This document shows positions 16,784 to 20,000 of a stretch of 20,000 nucleotides of DNA, piece after piece. The stretch lies in the IMG/VR virus record IMGVR_UViG_3300027631_000011; one strand, 5' to 3'. How positions within the stretch are numbered: position 1 is the first letter of the stretch; each line of letters begins with the position of its first letter. The translations under genes were made by a program, and so were the position numbers. The notes under the pieces were generated by a model. It saw only the letters and a list, made by a program, of their open reading frames with translations. It did no database searches and had not been told where the DNA came from. This DNA comes from an uncultured virus (IMG/VR IMGVR_UViG_3300027631_000011). Lineage: Duplodnaviria > Heunggongvirae > Uroviricota > Caudoviricetes.

Positions 16784-18807
16784 TATCTTACCACTTTAAA
16801 TATGAACCCATCGAAATATTGTTTGTTACCAGTTCTATCAACTCTAAATTCAAATTGATAAAATCTCTCAGGTTGTAATGTATTAAATCTAAAATCAAAG
16901 AAGTTTCCTGTTGAATCACAACTAACCTTTGTATAAGTTGTATCAAACGGAATCAACACTAAATTTGTTTCTACATCTCTAACCTGGTAATAAGTAGTTG
17001 ATGGGAGATATTTAATTTGGTTGTATGGTGCCGAATTGGTAAAACTTCTTTGAGGATATGTTTCTCTACCAACAACTCTTAATTTAGATGTTGATAATTC
17101 TTTATATTCTGTTTTTAGGTTCTTCATATACAATGTAATATCATCTGCAGTTAGTTCTGTAAGTGAACCTGTTACGAATGATGAATCATCCCACTTAGCT
17201 TCTAATGTAGGAACATATATTGTATGAGTATCGTTTGAGAAAAACTTAGATGAACCATATCGTATAGAACCGCTTTCATCAGCTGAAGTCCTTTTTATGA
17301 TAAACCCATCGTTTGGTCTTGAACCACTTAATATATCTTTTACATATTTTGTTACATTAACATTCAAATCAGATGTATATTTTTCAAAACTCTGAGAATA
17401 CTTAGTTCCATCTATTGATGAGGTGTACCAAGTGGCACCACCTTCGTTCTTTATGTAACCCGCTTCTGTAATTGGTCTTGTACTTAGTGAACCTGAATAT
17501 GTTATTTTAAAATCATCTAAAGAACCAGTTCCACCATCTGATGCGGTGTTGTAATATGTGTATGCAAATATATAATCTCCATCTAACACTGGTGTAAATG
17601 ATATACTCTGTACTCCGTTGCTTGTATATGAAGATGTTAAATTTGATATACCACTTCTTAATGGTAACCCACTAGTATCATATAATGTAAAATCGATTGA
17701 GTTAAAGTCTCCGGGAAATATAGATGCTGAAATTTGATAGTTTAAACCTGATTGTAATGTTTGTGAATATTGAGCATCTGCTCCACCATTAGTAGCATAT
17801 AAGTTTAACTTAGATTCTGATGTGAACATTTTAATTTTAGAACCCACTTCTTCATTTACTCTATTTCGTAATTTAAACTTACCTTCATTTTGAGTAAACG
17901 TTTCCCAATTAATTAAATTACCTTCTTTTTGATAAACGTAAACTTCATCAAAAGAACCTGTTGTAGATGTTCCATCACCACTTCCATCAAAGAATGTGAA
18001 TCTTAATTCGTGGTCACCCGTTTCAGTTGCGTTTAAATTAAATGATTGAGTAGATGATGCTGTTATAGCACTAATCATACCTTCATAATCACCCTCTGTT
18101 TTAACAAGACCACTTGGTGTTTTAATTCTAAATGATACATCATCGAATGAAGAAGGGTCTATTTGAAATTGTACTCCATAGTTAACTGTATTTAATAGAT
18201 ATGCTGGAAATACTAATGTAGTTCCTGCGAAGTTAGATGCTGATATAATTAGTTTATTGTTTTCAATCAATGTGAATGGAGAATTACCATTAAAGTCGTT
18301 AATTGATTCGGTTAAGAATGCAGAACCACTTCCATTTGTAAAACCTTCGTATAAAACAACACCTGTAGTGGGAGATACTTCAACTTCAGTTCCATTAAAG
18401 ATTTGTGTTTTAGAAACACCCCATTTGTTTTGCGAATCTCTGTATTTCCAACTACTACCTACTTTTGAAATAGGTGTATCAAAATATTGCCCAGTTCCTT
18501 CAGACCAACTTTGTGAAATAGGATATACTTCTAATGTATATTCTGTTTCTACCTCATCATCACCAATAGAAGTTAGGTTTAATTGATAGTTTGCGGTTGC
18601 TGGTATTTCATTTGCTGATATTGATTTAGATATTTCAGTTAAATCAAACTTAGATAAAATTCTACTATTACCCATATGTATTGAGTTGGATTCCTCATCA
18701 AAGAACTTGGTAACCTCTAACACTTCATCTAAGCCCGTGTTTTGTTCTTTACGAGTATTTAACTCATAAATTGTAGTATCCTTTTGTCCGTATATTCTGT
18801 AAATCAT
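16783..18807 (-). CDS. Virion protein with a DNRLRE/CBM96-like scaffold interrupted by two tandem jelly-roll-like repeats, 674 aa
   Basis: KDTTIYE..NTG.DEVLEV..SRILSKFDL..LEVYPISQSWSEG..SW, resuming at LNVNVTKYVKDILSG...NDGFIIK...KFFS..PTLEAKW, the DNRLRE-type pattern. Ig-like C-terminus. GAGGA before the ATG. Confidence 0.72.
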   Translation of the reverse strand: MIYRIYGQKDTTIYELNTRKEQNTGLDEVLEVTKFFDEESNSIHMGNSRILSKFDLTEISKSISANEIPATANYQLNLTSIGDDEVETEYTLEVYPISQSWSEGTGQYFDTPISKVGSSWKYRDSQNKWGVSKTQIFNGTEVEVSPTTGVVLYEGFTNGSGSAFLTESINDFNGNSPFTLIENNKLIISASNFAGTTLVFPAYLLNTVNYGVQFQIDPSSFDDVSFRIKTPSGLVKTEGDYEGMISAITASSTQSFNLNATETGDHELRFTFFDGSGDGTSTTGSFDEVYVYQKEGNLINWETFTQNEGKFKLRNRVNEEVGSKIKMFTSESKLNLYATNGGADAQYSQTLQSGLNYQISASIFPGDFNSIDFTLYDTSGLPLRSGISNLTSSYTSNGVQSISFTPVLDGDYIFAYTYYNTASDGGTGSLDDFKITYSGSLSTRPITEAGYIKNEGGATWYTSSIDGTKYSQSFEKYTSDLNVNVTKYVKDILSGSRPNDGFIIKRTSADESGSIRYGSSKFFSNDTHTIYVPTLEAKWDDSSFVTGSLTELTADDITLYMKNLKTEYKELSTSKLRVVGRETYPQRSFTNSAPYNQIKYLPSTTYYQVRDVETNLVLIPFDTTYTKVSCDSTGNFFDFRFNTLQPERFYQFEFRVDRTGNKQYFDGFIFKVVR
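17494..18363 (-). repeat. Two diverged tandem protein-domain repeats of about 145 aa within the 674-aa gene
   Basis: aa ~149-293 and ~297-438 align: E.FT...G / KL...A.N / L....NY / I.P..F....F....SGL / T....QS / GD....T / TGS.D. Confidence 0.7.
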
Positions 18808-18820
18808 ACTATATCCTCGT

Positions 18821-20000
18821 TTAGAACTGTTGTGTTATAACCTGTCCTCTAATATCTGAATTTGGAAACTTCACTTCAAATATAGATGGGTCTTTAGGTG
18901 GATAAATAATACCACCTTTGGTTGCGTTAATTATACTATACTTGTTTGGTGAATAGTTACCATTAAATTTATTTACAACTTGCAATCCACCCTTACCTTG
19001 TTTATCAGGTCTAACTACAGTTTGTACTCCATCTACTTTATCAATCTCTACATATAATTTAGATAAATTAATTGGTTCGTTAATTCTCCAATTATCTATA
19101 TTAAAATAACTTTTTAATCTATCTATTGTTCTTAGTAAAACTTCATTAGAGTTAAATTCTGGCATAACTATAATTTCAAAGTTAATACCAATGTTTACTA
19201 TATGTGCATCTTTTATATTCACAGCATCTGTTAATAATCTATGATATGAAATATAGTTTTTTAAATTATATTTAGTTGCAGCGTTTAAAGCTTTTAAAGT
19301 TTTTTCGTTATCGTATCCACAAGTATATAAATTTAATGCTAGTGGGTTTGGTATTTCAGTATTGATATACTGACCATCTACCTTTGAGTTTTCAGTTTGA
19401 TAATCTTGAACTAAATATGCTTTAGCTACTGAGCCGAATTGTGGTGGAAGAGCGTAACATCTCATTACATAATCTTCTCTAGTTACAGTTCTGTTTTGAG
19501 CTGCGAAGAATGCCATAGCATTCTGTCTAATTTCTTCTTTTGATTCTGTAGTCTTACCACCCACAGCTGCGTTTGGATTTGAACATGCTAATGATTGTCT
19601 ACAAAATGATACTACATTTTTATTTAGATTTATTTCATTTTTAAAATTAGTAATACTTGATACAACATTGACTAAATCATTGGCAGGAACATTATCTACA
19701 ATACCATTACCAACTAAGTAGGTAACAGTCAATGTTGTGTTTTGTGGTGCTACTCCATATGTTTTTGTATATAAAAAGTTTGATGGGTCTAATGATGAAT
19801 CTAAATTTTGATGTTCTGTATAAAGTGCTGAACCTACATTATCAGGATTTGGTATTATTTCTTCATCTGCGTTTGATGATATACCAGCTCCAAATCCAAT
19901 AGCCATAATTCCATCATCTTCAAAATTTGTTACATATCTTTTGGGAACTCTATTTAATTCTAATAGGTAAGGAGTATCACCACTATACTGATGTAAGTAT
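18821..20000 (-). CDS. Baseplate wedge subunit (T4 gp6 / baseplate J-like), start beyond the right edge
   Basis: The frame stays open upstream of the ORF-track Met at 19906 to the edge (YLHQYSGDTPYLLELNRVPKRYVTNFEDDGI-MAIGFGAG). gp6/J signature: VTYLVGNG...N..AAVGG...ESKEEIRQNAMAFFAAQNRTVTREDY, then LYVEIDKVDGVQTV. Confidence 0.88.
   Translation of the reverse strand, partial: YLHQYSGDTPYLLELNRVPKRYVTNFEDDGIMAIGFGAGISSNADEEIIPNPDNVGSALYTEHQNLDSSLDPSNFLYTKTYGVAPQNTTLTVTYLVGNGIVDNVPANDLVNVVSSITNFKNEINLNKNVVSFCRQSLACSNPNAAVGGKTTESKEEIRQNAMAFFAAQNRTVTREDYVMRCYALPPQFGSVAKAYLVQDYQTENSKVDGQYINTEIPNPLALNLYTCGYDNEKTLKALNAATKYNLKNYISYHRLLTDAVNIKDAHIVNIGINFEIIVMPEFNSNEVLLRTIDRLKSYFNIDNWRINEPINLSKLYVEIDKVDGVQTVVRPDKQGKGGLQVVNKFNGNYSPNKYSIINATKGGIIYPPKDPSIFEVKFPNSDIRGQVITQQF

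Noticed and set aside
140..18330. Recurrent GAACCACT / GAACCAGT / GAACCTGT words on the plus strand as a DNA repeat, Chi-like site or CRISPR
   Set aside because: Spacing is irregular, the copies I checked are in the frame encoding S/T-G-S, and synonymous variants occur. The protein motif explains them, and there is no repeat-spacer structure.
130..18586. Short plus-strand ORFs (130, 5422, 5888, 8682, 10053, 11046, 13306, 14461, 14829, 15178, 15696, 16296, 16615, 18257) and two nested minus-strand ORFs (14720, 16276)
   Set aside because: All overlap long, motif-bearing minus-strand genes, are 60-149 aa and show no recognisable motifs. They are antisense or alternate-frame shadows.
19904..19906. 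ORF-track start of the 361-aa baseplate protein
   Set aside because: It is an internal Met: the frame is open to the window edge.

Overview
AT-rich (roughly 30% GC by eye), gene-dense segment of a large tailed phage genome, most likely a myovirus. Every credible gene is on the minus strand and reads in the standard code. In transcription order (right to left): a T4 gp6/baseplate-J-like wedge protein cut by the window edge, several further baseplate or virion proteins (a DNRLRE-like protein with two inserted jelly-roll repeats, a 353-aa unknown, a 1484-aa gp7/gpI-like wedge protein, a very charged 363-aa unknown, and three proteins carrying parts of a tail-collar-like domain, one with a LamG insertion). 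A DNA-processing block follows (T7 endonuclease I-type resolvase, DnaG-type primase, single-chain Mre11-Rad50 fusion), then a large virion protein missing from the ORF track because it runs off the left edge. Main points of interest: (1) the Mre11-Rad50 fusion; (2) an [S/T]-G-S tripeptide strongly enriched in five virion proteins and absent from the replication proteins, a candidate modification sequon; (3) a Bacteroidota-type promoter and no Shine-Dalgarno on the replication genes, against Shine-Dalgarno sites and an ATATTTATA motif on structural genes; (4) a Cys-depleted primase zinc finger; (5) apparent domain insertion, duplication and splitting among the baseplate proteins. All family calls come from motif recognition by eye; no database search was run.
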